From NCBI GenBank assembly GCA_051294905.1, contig JBPPKV010000017.1:806001-870000 (forward strand): a DNA stretch of 64,000 nucleotides, given 5' to 3'. This DNA comes from Botryllus schlosseri. Its lineage: Eukaryota. The notes under the pieces were generated by a model. The model was not told where the DNA came from. It ran no database searches and worked only from the letters and a program-made list of their open reading frames with translations. This document shows positions 37,482-50,279 of this stretch, one piece after another (the stretch's first letter is position 1; each line of letters opens with the position of its first letter). A program made the position numbers and the translations under genes.

Positions 37482-39084
37482 GCAGCTATACACCCACGTA
37501 CTGGATATTGAAAAGCGGTTTTGCAAATGATAACCGTAGGCTTAGTGATAAACAGCAACAAAATGACTATTCTTGAAAATAATATCATGCTATTCACGTA
37601 GAAATTGGGTTGACTTCTATTATTTCAAAGCAAATTCTGCAACTTCATTTCTTCAAATACGCGGTCGTGTCTTGAAAATCCGCTCCTTCGATTTGATATG
37701 AACAAGTGCCGAAAATTCATTTCCACAAATAGAGATGGTGGCAAATGTAATAATCACGCGTTACGCGTAATTATCGAATGTAGCGTAACGCTTCCGACAA
37801 CACATTTGGGTATATGATCGCAACAAATATTGCACTAAACCTATGTTGTCCTACAATCGTTGACCGCTAGACTGGGACTATTGCTGTATTTCATATAGCT
37901 TACGCATTCAAAGTATCCAGATGTAGCCTTTCTAGTTTATTTCATGTTCGAATATGACAATGGCTGTAAAGCTGTTGATATAAATGCTCTGCGGTTTTGA
38001 AAATGCGCCTTTTAAGGTAGATTCCATCACCACGTGAACAATATGAAATTCAGGTTCATGATCCAGCTCCATTTCCTGGCCGAGCCCGTAATATGGCCTT
38101 CTGTCTCAAGATCGAGTCATACCTTTTTCTTACGGATGGACCTGTCCATTGTTTGTATATAGAGGCTATTATTCCTCCATCAATTTCTAGCTACTGGAGC
38201 GAACAGTACATTATGACATCATACGAATAATTTCGTCGTCGGGCGTACATGCCCTAACCACATGCGATTTTGAGACAGATAAGCTTAGACTTGAAAAACC
38301 AGACGATTTTAGATCTCTATAATTCGACTGATTAGAGCGAAATGCCGGACATCAAAACAATGGGTTCTCACACCGCATGAAATTTGTTTTTCGCGCTTGT
38401 TCGCCCCTTTGCATTTTCTGAGTCATGTTCGCACAGGTACGGCTGGCCCCATGTTGATGATTATGTTGTCTGCTGACTAATTTCGAAGTAACATGCACTG
38501 TAACAATGATCAAGTGTTGGCATATCGGCGACTGTTGCTTGAATCGTCATTTTTTTTGGTTGCGGTCTTCCATGGTGACAGTTCAGAAAAGGTAGATAAA
38601 CGGTCGCAGATTTTGCTGATAGATACATACTTTTCGCCTACGCCCAAGGTTAACACGCTATATACTACTTCTACGATGCTGTCTACAGTGTCTGTAGAAT
38701 GTACATGTAAAATAGTCAAATATGTGATTATACGGTTTGCCGAAACCACGTTTCGAAAACGATTACACGAAAAACGGTCTGGTTTCGGCATACGTGACGC
38801 AGCGTCGTACGCCGTGTCGGGAAGTAGCACTACTCGCAGGAGATTGTCAGAAATTGTTTCCCACAACCGCATAAGCGATACCACGATAAGATACAGAGCA
38901 TGTCGCATGAAGCCGGGTATCTCCGATTCGTTGAAATTGTACTTTTGTCCACTTTCCAACCGGTACGAACTACGAAAAGTGAGAAATAGTGCGTTGGTAA
39001 AATCAATACCCGGCTCCGCGAAAGGCAACGACACGCCAATGATGGCGAACGCAGAAAAACGAGCAGAGCCCACCGCACGAACAA

Positions 39085-39790
39085 TAAAAGATGTTTATAT
39101 CCATCTACCTTGGATTGGCCCCATTTCCACCCGCTTTGAAAAACAATTGATTTCTGCTGTCGGTAAATGTTACGATACAGTCAAAACCAATGTGATTTTT
39201 ACAACAACACAACTGCTCCCTTCAACACGCAAAGACGTGCTTCCTGCACTTCAACAAAGTAATGTAGTGTACGAATATAGGTGCCACTGTGATTGTGGCT
39301 ACGTGGGAAGAACGTCAAGACGTCTGCAGGACCGCATAAACCAACATGTCCCCAGATTTATCAGAACACGTGCGTCACGCGATGTGAAAAGCTCACCCTT
39401 AACTCATCCACTTAAGATTGATGCTGATCGATCAAAGGCCATTAATTCTGCCATCGGCAAACATCTGTTGGATAATCCGATTTGTGCGAATAATTATCGA
39501 GACGACCGATTTCGAATCGTAGGTCGAGGTCGTTCACAATTCCATTTGTGTGCCTTGGAATCAACTTTTATCAAAATACACCAACCAAAACTCTGTCAAC
39601 AAAAGTAGTTCGTGTATCACCTAAAAATAGTACATTGAACGTTCTCTCATTCGAAATTTCATGCTGGTGACGTCATATTTTGTGATACGATTGTTGATAT
39701 ACAATGTTCTTTCCAATTCTCTACTAGTTGCTGACGATTACCCCTGACGAGTGTCAGCTGAAAATATTCGGATTCATTTCAATATGAATA
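39085..39790 (+). mobile_element. Penelope-like retroelement, 5'-truncated (RT C-terminal tail, GIY-YIG endonuclease, 3' end)
   Basis: VYIHLPWIG...KDVLPALQQSNVVYEYRCHCDCGYVGRTSRRLQDRINQH...SAIGKHL...FRIVGRGRSQFHLCALESTFIKIHQPKLCQQK is the characteristic PLE GIY-YIG C-terminus. No RT catalytic motif was found. Confidence 0.85.
39738..39774 (+). ncRNA. Degenerate minimal type I hammerhead ribozyme-like motif in PLE 3' end
   Basis: ttaccc-CTGACGA-gtgtcagct-GAAA-ATAT-TC-ggatt. The second copy (49705-49742) has a perfect aaccc/gggtt stem I but a mutated core. Stem II pairs poorly. Confidence 0.35.
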
Positions 39791-40959
39791 TACTATTTAA
39801 TTGTAGACTGGACATTGTAAACTCAACGGGCACTTACATAGAATTGGATGTCGCGACGATGGCCTTCGTGCAACATGTGGCGTTATAGAGACGGTTGAGC
39901 ATTTCTTGTTACAATGTTCTCGATATAGCTCACAGCGTAACTATTTTAAGGACATTGCACTACGAAACAATGTGCCCATAGACATTGTGTCACTTCTTGG
40001 CAACCCTTACACAATTTTGCCTGTGATCGATTATGTTTTCCTGACCGAGAGGCAACTATAATGCAGCAGTATAGAATCTAGTACACATGCCTACAACACT
40101 TTGGTCTGGTGCACAAGGCCGTAGCTGCTAAGCACCATAACCACAATATACATACATACATCCTAAATGCCAAGATGTAAGCCTACAGTAAGGGACACGA
40201 GATGTCTAATCATTGCAATCAGTGATTGCCAGCTCCATACCTGAATCTCTTGGATAGACTGCGTTGATGTCCAACGCGCAATATCCAAACTCGTAAGTGA
40301 TCATAATCCGATTCGCGTATTCGACCGGTTTTCCGTCAATCAACCATTCGATCTGGAAATAATCATTACAAAATAATATATTCATCCTAAGAAATTATAA
40401 AAAAATCTTAAAATCATAATACTATAAATCAGGGGTGCTTAACCTACACTCCTAAAGTCTATCAACTCCATAACAGTCCGCAGACTAGTTTTAAGTGATC
40501 GATGTAGCTTATTTTCAGCGCGAAAGTGATTGATGACATTTGTTTATCCATCAGGCGTAGCATTTCCGATAAAAACTATGGCAGATGGTACAATATGATG
40601 CTATGATTAGAACTGGGCGATAGTGTGATAACCATTTTTAGTCATCAGCTACCAAAATTTCAAGCTTAGGGTTTCACGGTACTAACAAAAAATAAAAACT
40701 ATTAGTAGTCTGGTGGTGCTCGATTATATAAATTAGAGAAATATACCTTCATTGAGGGATCCCCGACGGGTACGATGTGACATTCGAAGTGCGCCGACCC
40801 CAGTATTTTCTGTTTGACAGGGGTGAGCTTCTTTTTTATTCTAGGCTTCTGCAAACGCTTCTCGTCGTAAAGATCGCTTTCGTCGAAATTGTCAATCTGA
40901 AATTAGGCAGGAATTATTTTCCTTTATCTGTCCGCAAGCGTCGGGGTGTCCTGATCAGA

Positions 40960-41570
40960 TTTGGACAACTGGAAAATTGTTATCTTCTCCAAATTAGATT
41001 GGAATTATAATTGTAGCTACACGGTTTTGTTCAGATTAGATTATAATTAGAATAATAGGTTGGACTGCACAGTGTTTTCTAAATTAGATTAGAATTATAG
41101 CTACACAGTTTTGTCCAAATTAGATTAGAATTAGAATTATAGCTACACAGTTTTGTCCAAATTAGATAATAATTAGAACTAGAGTTCACATTTTTCTTCA
41201 AATTAGGATTAGAATTACATCTACACAGTTTTGTCCGAATTAGATTAGAATTAGAATTATGGCTACACAGTTTTTTCCAAATTATGTTAGAATCAGAATT
41301 ATACCTACGCAGTGTTGTCCAAATTAGATTAGAATTAGAATTAGAGCTTCACAGTTTTCTCCAAATTAGATTAGAATAGAATTATAGCAAGGCAGTTTTC
41401 TCCAAATTAGATTAGAATTAGAATTATAGCTACACAGTTTTGTCCAAATTGGATTAGAATTAGAATTATAGGTGGTTTTGTGCAGGATTAGAATTAGAAT
41501 TATAGCTACATTGTCTATTACAAATTAAATTAGAATTAGAATTATACTTACATAGTCTTGTCCTAGTTAA
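40960..41570. repeat. Minisatellite, ~40-bp unit AATTAGATTAGAATTAGAATTATAGCTACACAGTTTTGTCCA
   Basis: Roughly a dozen diverged tandem units are visible. Related pieces occur at ~48020-48080 and ~51210-51260. Confidence 0.92.
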
Positions 41571-42952
41571 ATTACTATCGCAATTACGGTATTCCCCCAA
41601 TAATCGAGTTCAGTTTATCACAGATCAGAGTACATTGCCATGGGCATGACAATGGCAAATGTCTGTTCATCAAGCTTGGCTCGTTTGGCCTCGTACAGTT
41701 TTCCTGTAGCATATCTGGGAAGCCTTACATGAGATTACAATTATAATTACTGCCCGGAAACCTTCAAAGATTTAATAAGAAATAGATTACCGGAATTTCG
41801 CTCTAAATGGTCTAATTGGTCAACTAGATTTATCTACAGTTGCCCAAGTAGTATCCTTACTCTTCTGGTCTCGCGGTCCGGAGACGGCTCCGAAGGCAAA
41901 AATTTCCTCGCCGCCTTCGGTATGTACAGCTTCCTTTCCGGTTCCGGTTCCGAATCTCGGGCGTGGACTTTGACTTTGCATCGGGTAAGGTCCCTTCCTA
42001 CTTTGTTAACGGCGGTGACTGTGTACCAAGCGTCGTGTAGAGCAGTGCTCTTCAACCTTCTTCGACGTGGTACACCCTTTTAACGTTTGCTCAAAACTCG
42101 TACACCCCTGGTCTTCAAAAATGACTTTTTTCCTCAAATCGTACTGGCTACTTGATAAAATTGTTAGGTTACCTAACTTAAGCCTACACACCTAATTTGG
42201 TTCAATTCCAACCAGTAGCCGCATGGCTACGGGACAAGAAAGTTGCTATTTATTATATAAAAATAAATAACGAAAAATGTGAAATTTTTCTGTTGTCTAT
42301 AAAAATGATGTTCTTCAAATTTGATTTAATTCCAACCAGTAGAAGCGGAGTTATTGCCGTCAAAAAAATTGGATTTGAATAAAATAGTATTTGGTCACAG
42401 AGTTTATTCGCAGCCAGTTAGGCCGCCCGCCACGCAAATTGGAATTTATTTCGTGTCAGCCCCAAAACAGCATGACATTACGAACGATAATCAACCTAAA
42501 TGCAACAGTATTGGGGATAAAGTAAGTAAAGCTACTGCTGCAGAAGCGGTAATTCAGATCAGCAATGATAGCAGGCGCACCAGCCTACGGCGTATCAGGC
42601 CTGCCTCACACCACACACAGTCGATAGTAGCACATGGGCTGCCGGGCTGGAAGAGATGTCAGTAACCTCAGATCGTATGCCGCTATACACAGTCTATTGT
42701 CGCTAATTGGCATCACTAATAACAAAATACTAAATTGCAAATGTATGGCGAAAGATTGGATATAAAATCGGCATTTTAAAACAAAAGGGTTTCGATTTCA
42801 ACACGGAAGCTGTTTCGACCCTGGCTGGCTACGTCACTTCATTCATGTGCATTGCAGTATTTATTAACGCCGGGTAGGAAGTACCGATTCAAGACGTCTG
42901 AGCTATCGCGGCGGTTTCCTCAAAAATCACTTAAAGAGAAATGACTATAGCT

Positions 42953-44240
42953 CAGACCTGGGCAAAGTGCGGCCCGCGAAGCCATCCTGTGCGGCCCGCG
43001 AAAGGTTGCTTGGAATTCTTAACATACAACCTGCTTTTTTAACGATGATGCGTGGACTAAAATTTAGGCTGTATCAACTAAACAGACAATTCGTTTGCTT
43101 TGAAGCCTGTTCATTAATATGTCACGACTACGCTTCCTACATACCTTCCATGCGTACTCCAGATTCAAAATAAAGGCATTGTGGCAAAGTATGAGCAACA
43201 ATTAAATCCATAAGAAATCACTCTTTCCATAGTTTAGGTCAAACCTTCTTGGTTGCGATTGTCACATTACGCATTATACGGTACGAGTTTCAAATCGTAA
43301 CGTGAGGCGTTTCCAAATCTGTAGTTGGTAAAACCAGTCAATCAGTGCTCGCCACTGCTATATGACTCATCATCATCATCATACCTAATATCTATCACCC
43401 ATAAAGGATGAAAGTTCATGTCAAAAAGAGGAAATCGAAAGCTGAAATTCATAGAGGGTTTAGCGCACTAATATTTGTATACTGGAGTTAGGGGTAGACC
43501 CGTCATTTTAGTTTTTGCCAATCATGTCGGCGGAAGTAAGGGTTTGAATTATGACAAAAACACAAATCTCTCGGTCAAGAGAGGGCGAACTTCAGGAAAA
43601 CTGCAAACTTCGCTCAACATCAAGGCTATTCGAGCTGCACACTACTCGGAATACAGCGACCAAAGTGACCAAGATTTGTACTATCCCATATACATTTCAG
43701 TGCAGTGGCTCTCGAACTGGGGGCCGCGAAAGCATCTGAAGGGAGGCGCGAAGCCGAAGTTAAATGTATTTTTTTTCGCGTCTCGCGCGATCTACTCCAA
43801 GCTCATAGTATAGTTATTGCTCTGTGTATTGTCCAAATTTGATATTATAGAATTCCCTCATCAACAACTATAACCTTCCATGGCATTAAACCATCCGTTG
43901 GATTGGGCGTGAACATTTTCACTATCATGAAGCGGGGCGTTCCTAAAATAAGTTCGAGAACAACTGTTTTAGTGTCTTAATAGAAGATCGTCGATAGGGG
44001 TTTAAAAAGAGTTAAAAACGTATCATATTTAACATTGTTTCGAATCATGACGGCAGATAGCTATTTCATTAATTAACCGCCACTTTCTCATTAGCTAACA
44101 TACACTGAGCAGCATATATTAACAATATAATTTAGAAATAGAAACACACTGGATAATATAGCTAAAAATTTCCACTCGGCCCGCCAACGTATTTTCTACT
44201 TCTCATTTGGCCCGCGGAGTAAAATAATTGCCCATCCCTG
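42953..44240. mobile_element. hAT-type MITE nested in the 42043-44623 element
   Basis: Imperfect TIRs CAGACCTGGGCAA / TTGCCCATCCCTG. Perfect 8-bp TSD CTATAGCT. Confidence 0.85.
43703..43966. mobile_element. Third-level nested hAT-type MITE
   Basis: TIRs CAGTGGCTCTCGAACT / AGTTCGAGAACAACTG. TSD TTTCAGTG/TTTTAGTG (7 of 8 match). Confidence 0.75.
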
Positions 44241-45574
44241 CTATAGCTGAACACATGTTTGTTAACTGCATACTTTCCAACACCAAACGGAACCATTGGT
44301 CTATTGCCGACGGCTAAATGAATAGGAGAAATATTTGCTTATGACATCACAATCAAGCGGTGTACAGTATTACCCAGGGATATCTAGAAGTCTAGGAGTT
44401 CTAGATATCCCCGAGTATTACCTTTGAGATAACATCGTACCATATTGCTCATTAACCTGTGCGTCAACCTGTACTGACCCATAAACCTGCCTTTGTGATA
44501 GCTAGCCATCGGCTCATTGTAATTCGGATCTGGTACACCCCTGTACACCCCATCCGAGTGGTACACCCTTTTCAAATTCTGGTACACCCTAGGGTGTACG
44601 ACCACCCCGGTTGAAGAGCACTGGTGTAGAGCGCGTATAGTGGACGGGATGGTAAGCAAGCCGTGCCCGTCGACGCCTTCAATTCTAAACAAGTTTTTAA
44701 CTTGTTTATGCTGCCACCGCGACACCGTGGATCATTTTTTTTCACTCCGTGGTCTAATGTGTGTTTTTATCGCATATTTATAATCAAACTAGACTGGAAC
44801 TAGCTAACCAATGCAGCTAGTCGACGGTCAACCAACTGCTGATTTTTTTAGTATTTCTAGTTCTAGTTCTAGTTCCGGTTGGGCGTTTTGAAAATGTAGT
44901 AGCCTGCACAAATGTGACCAATTCAAAATGAATTAGTATTGTATTACCAATTTGCTCAGTGTCACGTGACCCTGTGCGCAATTTGTATTATCGAGTGTTC
45001 CATTATCGTCTTTTATCGTTATTTCATACGAACCCCTGTCGTGGTATACACTGTTCATTTCATTGACCTTGGTGCAAAAAGCTGTAATGTCACAAGTACA
45101 AAACCTTATTTTTTTAGAACAACATCAAAACAAGTTTGATTAAGAATGATATAGTCCAGCATAGTTTATAAACTTTTTTTGACTAATCGCCCCCCTATCA
45201 AGCTAGAAATTTATTTATCACCCTCCCCCGAAAGGCAAATAATAACGCAGCACTTCTACTTTCCCGTACTGCTCAAGTATAGCTAAAATCTACTTCGTAC
45301 ACTACGTCAACTTTAACAGATTTTGATGCTGAAATACTAATTTACGCATACCTATTATTGCCACACGAAACTAGTTTTGCGGTGCATTGCGATGACGGGT
45401 TGCTATAAGATGGGAGAATTAATAAGCAAGTTCTATAGACGTAATTTCCCCGATTTGATCCCGGGCCGGGCTAAGTCAAGCATTTGATCGCTTCTATCAA
45501 CATCTTTCGATTATACATTGGAAGTAACAAGAAACATAACATTAATTAAATATGATTGAATGGACGTTCTAACA

Positions 45575-46855
45575 CAGTGGTTCCCAAACGGTGGGGAATT
45601 CAATGGTTTCTGGTGGGGAATAGACCCATTTGTTCAAAATTAATCACAGGACAGTCTTCATATTCACGGAGACACACGCGCAATTACCGATACCAGTTAG
45701 CTGCTCTGGAATGTATGTATCGAACATTATATTGCGTGTTGTTAACAAATCCTCGTTTGAACTCTGGATGGCCAATGATGGCGTCACAAACGCATCCAGC
45801 ACGACTAGTTTGACGTGAGAAAACGGTTTCGCGAAATTTTGAGCGTTGCTGGTATCCGTTCACAGTAGCCTACGTTTTACGTTGCAGTTATAGGTGATTG
45901 TCTTGTGTACTGGTGTGTCTTGTGTAGTCAAAGCAGCAAATAGCTGCTCTATGATGACAAAAGTGTTGGGTAGTGGGGAACAGGACCGTAACTGCCGCAC
46001 GCCAAACCCCCCAATTATTGGGGGGGGGGGGCGAGCTCGAAGGGGACCAAAAGGATTTCGTGAATTAACATAAATGATAGAGTATTTTTTGGAAATTGAT
46101 GTCAATTTTTCAAGTTGTTTTTTTTTTGCGCGGCGCGCGCGATTTAATATTGTCAAATATCTTGATTATTGGGTACTCATCCCCCACGAAGATACGTAGA
46201 ATTTAAAGAAATGAAGACTTCAGCGTATGCTATTACTGCGCCACGACGCACCAAGACATGTGAAGTTATAGACCATGTAACATGCGTGTGTGCCAGGACG
46301 ATCAGCGAGTAAACCTCGGCCGAGAAGGAATGCCCTTGTGGTGACCGAAAACTTATATGTATGTATTGTATATACAATATACATATATGTTCAATTGTCC
46401 GGCGGCGGCTAAATTGCTGGTGCCAAATGTTCCCGTTCTGGCAATTGGAACCCCACAGTACAAATGCCATCCCGCAAGGAAAAATTATTTGCCAGTGAAG
46501 CAATACAAATTAGATTTCCATGTCTTTTGACATAGCAGATATAGGAGGTTACGAAATAGCATCATGTAACGAAGTCAATGTGTCAACGGGTCTGCCCGAT
46601 GATGTTCAATTCATATTTAGGGGTCGTACCTTTTCCAAGATACCTCACTCAGCTCTACCGGTAAATCTGATTACGTAAGCAGAGAGGGGATAAAAAATTG
46701 ATAGCAAATTATAGGCCAAACCCGATCATATTGACCGAATCAAACATGAATTAAATAAATTTTTAGCGCTTCGCGCGTTTACGATCCTGGTGGGGAATGA
46801 AGGCTCGGAATAAATCCGAAGTGGGGAATGAACACAAAAAGGTTGGGAACCACTG
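45575..46855. mobile_element. Family A non-autonomous hAT-type element (~1.3 kb)
   Basis: TIR CAGTGGTTCCCAA. Interior shared with 50280-51143 (same orientation) and 60779-62692 (inverted). Confidence 0.85.
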
Positions 46856-49674
46856 CTATATAACGACATAAAAGTATAGATGACGTTCAAAGTAGTTCAA
46901 ATATGTACCTTTTCTAGGACAACAAAGAAGTTTACGCCAGTTCTACATCGCATTAAATAACATTTGTTATTTTTCCGAGGGCACCTATTTAATTATACTT
47001 TGTGATAATGATGTGGGTTGAGCACGACTTCACGGAGATGTCATTTATACCAACGTGAGTAGCTTCGTATGATCAGATACGTCCTAACGAGGTTTGAAGG
47101 TTTACGCGTTGATAAAAATAGTATCGAATTCAATCGAAACTGTAACTCTCGTTGATAAACTTCCACTCAGCGAAAAAGAGCGGTTCCTTTCGGTACTCTT
47201 GAACCGAATTGATATCAATGTCTACTCGAACGCAATTTGCGCCCATATGACCATACGACTAATTAATGACATATTATAATGATTGTATTACACTGAGTAT
47301 ACATGTAATATCTAATAGCACTCTGAATTGCTACAATCGGCGATCTAGAATCATAGATGTAGATGCGATTGATGATAAATCCGTGTGGCAAAGTCTTGAC
47401 TGACGGCTTCGACAATTACTGCTGGCTATCGAGATGCCGTCCATATTCAAAAACAGTATATTACTCGCGTATCACCGTCAGGGTTACGCTGCTAACAACT
47501 TTTCCTGCTTTATTCTCTGCCACAACCGTATATTCGCCTCCATCACGCGGGCTAGCCGGAGAGCTGATAAGCGACCGTACACCGTCCTCTTTAACCACGA
47601 CCCGGTGGCTGCAGTCCTCGTGCATCGAGGCCCCTGTTAACAAAAGCCGACAGTTAATGACTATAACATGTACTGTATGTTTAAACCCGTTGGAAGTAAG
47701 CTCAACACAATATTTACGGGAGCAGTTTCATTTCACGACTCGGGACCGTGATCTAATAATGTCAGCAGGATAATTCAATTATAAGGTCTATAAATCAACA
47801 GGTGAAAGTCAGTGAATAAACCAATAAGTTATTGAGGTAAAGGGAGAACGGAACTTCATTCTATTAGCGATGAGCAAATCGATCACTTAGGCTGCTGTGC
47901 CATTGTCTACTGCGCCTGGATTAAATCAGATAACCAGCGAACTTGAACAAGTTGAAATATTCGGCTTCGCACGAGATCACAGACAAAGAGTTGAAACACT
48001 ATAAAATGCTAAGCTTTTCCGTATTAGAATTAAAATTATAGCTACACAGTCTCTTCCAAATTAGATTAGAATAAGAATTACTGAATTCGAATCTCATAAT
48101 CATAAGAATCCCAAACGTCTGTATACTGTCCAGGTTCGTTTCGCACTATACGGTTCTCCTGCTGTGGCATTTTCAGGATAACCAGAAATTAGATTACAAT
48201 TAAATTTAGAGCACAGAAACCTTTCATAAATTAAAATATAATTAGATTACCGGCATCTCGCTCTCATTAGTCTGGTTATACAACTTTAATAAGCCAAGTT
48301 ATACATACGACGCTTGCTAATGACGTCGCTTACAATAGGTATACCTTTAACGCCGTTATGCGTCATGCTATCTCCCGCATCTTTCGCATTACGATTGTAA
48401 CATTTTTGTAGCGGTTTCAATGTTTTTTGAGACTCTCTCCATTGGTTAAGACTATTTACTCCAAACAGCGTACTCGGAGTGGAACCGTCGACGCGGCCTT
48501 ACATGCGACGCAAGTAATCCTTGGTTTTAACGTAAGGTCGAAATGGCCCACGATGAGCGAGGATGTTTCGTTCATAGATTCGATGGGAAACAGTATTACA
48601 TGATGCATGTTCAGAAGTTTTTTCTTTCAGTTCTGTTCTACTTTTATGGATATCATGCTTTCCAATTACAGTGTCTGCTTTCATACTATCCGCTGATTAT
48701 GGAGTGGATTATATATTATACTACCGGTATTACTTAGTGCATCTTGAAACATGAAGCTGTTATACATGATTGTCCATTGCTTTGTAAATCAACTTATTGA
48801 AATATACAGTGCTAAAAGAAAAAACTTGCACATCGTTATAGCGATAATGATGTCTCTGTTATCATCAAATAAGTCTCTCATGGAGATTACAACCGTGCAT
48901 AATAATATCGCCTTCGAATGATGTTGTACGCAATCGAAGAATCGCCGTATCTTAATCTGATGAAATATCAATCTGGCTAAAACTAAAATAATATGAGTTT
49001 CATATCGTTATCGGAGGCGTAGACAGGCAACGGGCCACACACGCTCAAGAACGGCACTGAATAGTATCGCGACCTAGAACTACCAGAAAACATTTTAGGC
49101 CTGCCATATTTCAGCTAACATTATGAACATTATTGGTATATATCTGTAGTAGCTCTGAACATAACCCCTAATCCCTGCAGTGTATAGTTCGATCCTCAAG
49201 CCCTTATTAATATACGCTTGCGTACTACCAATCACTAAAACTGAAGCGACTCCATGTTTGGCGTGTAAACATGCTTATGGTAACGCAGCCTTTGATGTAT
49301 TCTCCCAGTCAATGGGCTTAACATCGGTAGAACAAAATATATTAGGATGCAAAACACCTAATGAAAAGGCGTTATCCCGACCGTGCGATATTAATGTGCG
49401 TAGTGACCATTATTGATATATCCACAAGACATGAAGGATATAAGAATACGCAATGTAAAGTAACACTTGCTGACCATAAATTGTTATTATATCTTTTTCC
49501 ATTTTTAAAAGAACTAAAATTCGGCTATCAATCACGAGTCGATGTAAACCCATGTGTGCTAATGCTATTGCAAAACTAGGCCATAAAGTTTTACGACACT
49601 CGCTATATACCGGCAAAGCACGCTAAGGAAATAACATCAACTTTAACCCATACCACATAGCTATATTCCTTCTC

Positions 49675-49770
49675 CACAATGAATTCTCTACTAGTTGCTG
49701 ACGATAACCCTTGACGTGTGCCAGCCGACAATATTCGGGTTTACAGCACTTCAATATGAATATGGAATGT
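49675..49770 (+). mobile_element. Solo 3'-end fragment of the same Penelope-like family
   Basis: AATTCTCTACTAGTTGCTGACGAT.ACCC.TGACG.GTG.CAGC.GA.AATATTCGG...TTCAATATGAATAT matches 39715-39790. Confidence 0.8.
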
Positions 49771-50279
49771 CTCCCGTACAATCATAGCTATATAAGGTAA
49801 ATTGGAACATCTTAAAACAGGACAAGTGATTGTTTAATGTTTATACAAATCACTCGACTGCTTGTTACTGGATTACAAATGTCGTCAATTACATCGGTTC
49901 TGCTATTATGGTGAGAAATATGCGGAGAAATCACGAATCAAGTGGCGATAGAAAGATGTTATACGGACTGCTGATTTACGCATATTGTTTACATTTACAG
50001 TTCATATCAAACCAGAATCTATTTAATGAGCATGCGGCTGGCAATGTCTGTTCTACACAGCAAGCTTCACTCGCTTCGCGCTATAACAGGGGTGGGCAAC
50101 ATACGGCTATATACCACTACGCTATCTCGCCACCTAATGAATTGATACCATCGTAAATCTGGGGTACCGGGCTTATCGCACGCCTTAAAACCGTAATTTA
50201 GGATGGCACCTTGTGTTGATTGATCAGAGAGAAGCAGACATGGCGGTGCAGGGTACATATGTATGCCAGCTCATGGTGA

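Larger units (their letters stand above)
42043..44623. mobile_element. Non-autonomous hAT-type TIR element (2.58 kb) inserted in a titin exon
   Basis: 15-bp TIR CAGTGCTCTTCAACC. Perfect 8-bp TSD GTGTAGAG at 42035-42042 and 44624-44631. Confidence 0.92.
40241..47633 (-). pseudogene. TTN: Titin (connectin) Z-disc/I-band junction Ig exons; internal fragment with one exon disrupted by a transposon
   Basis: Exon 47633-47469 (GASMHEDCSHRVVVKEDGVRSLISSPASPRDGGEYTVVAENKAG). Split exon 44684-44624 + 42034-41861 (RIEGVDGHGLLTIP...DAWYTVTAVNKVGRDLTRCKVKV...EPEPERKLYIP). Exon 40896-40747 (DESDLYDEKRLQKPRIKKKLT...SAHFECHIVPVGDPSMK). Exon 40352-40241 (IEWLIDGKPVEYANRIMITYEFGYCALDINAVYPRDSG). These are collinear with recalled human titin segments KEDGTQSLII, DSAWYTATAINKAGRDTTRCKV, EPEPERKL, PAHFECRLTPIGDP and NEFGYCSLD...RDSG. 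Identity as titin is secure; the pseudogene status is an inference from the insertion. Confidence 0.8.

Noticed and set aside
40960-41570. Regular ~40-bp repeats that could be mistaken for a CRISPR array
   Set aside because: The units are head-to-tail with no unique spacers, there are no cas genes, and the context is a eukaryotic intron. This is a minisatellite.
44384-44725. 113-aa ORF as an independent gene
   Set aside because: It is the 5' half of the titin exon reading through into transposon sequence.
44960-45100. Ig-like DRGSYEITIKDDNG frame as the missing titin exon
   Set aside because: It does not match the expected titin segment, and its phase does not join the 44684 exon.
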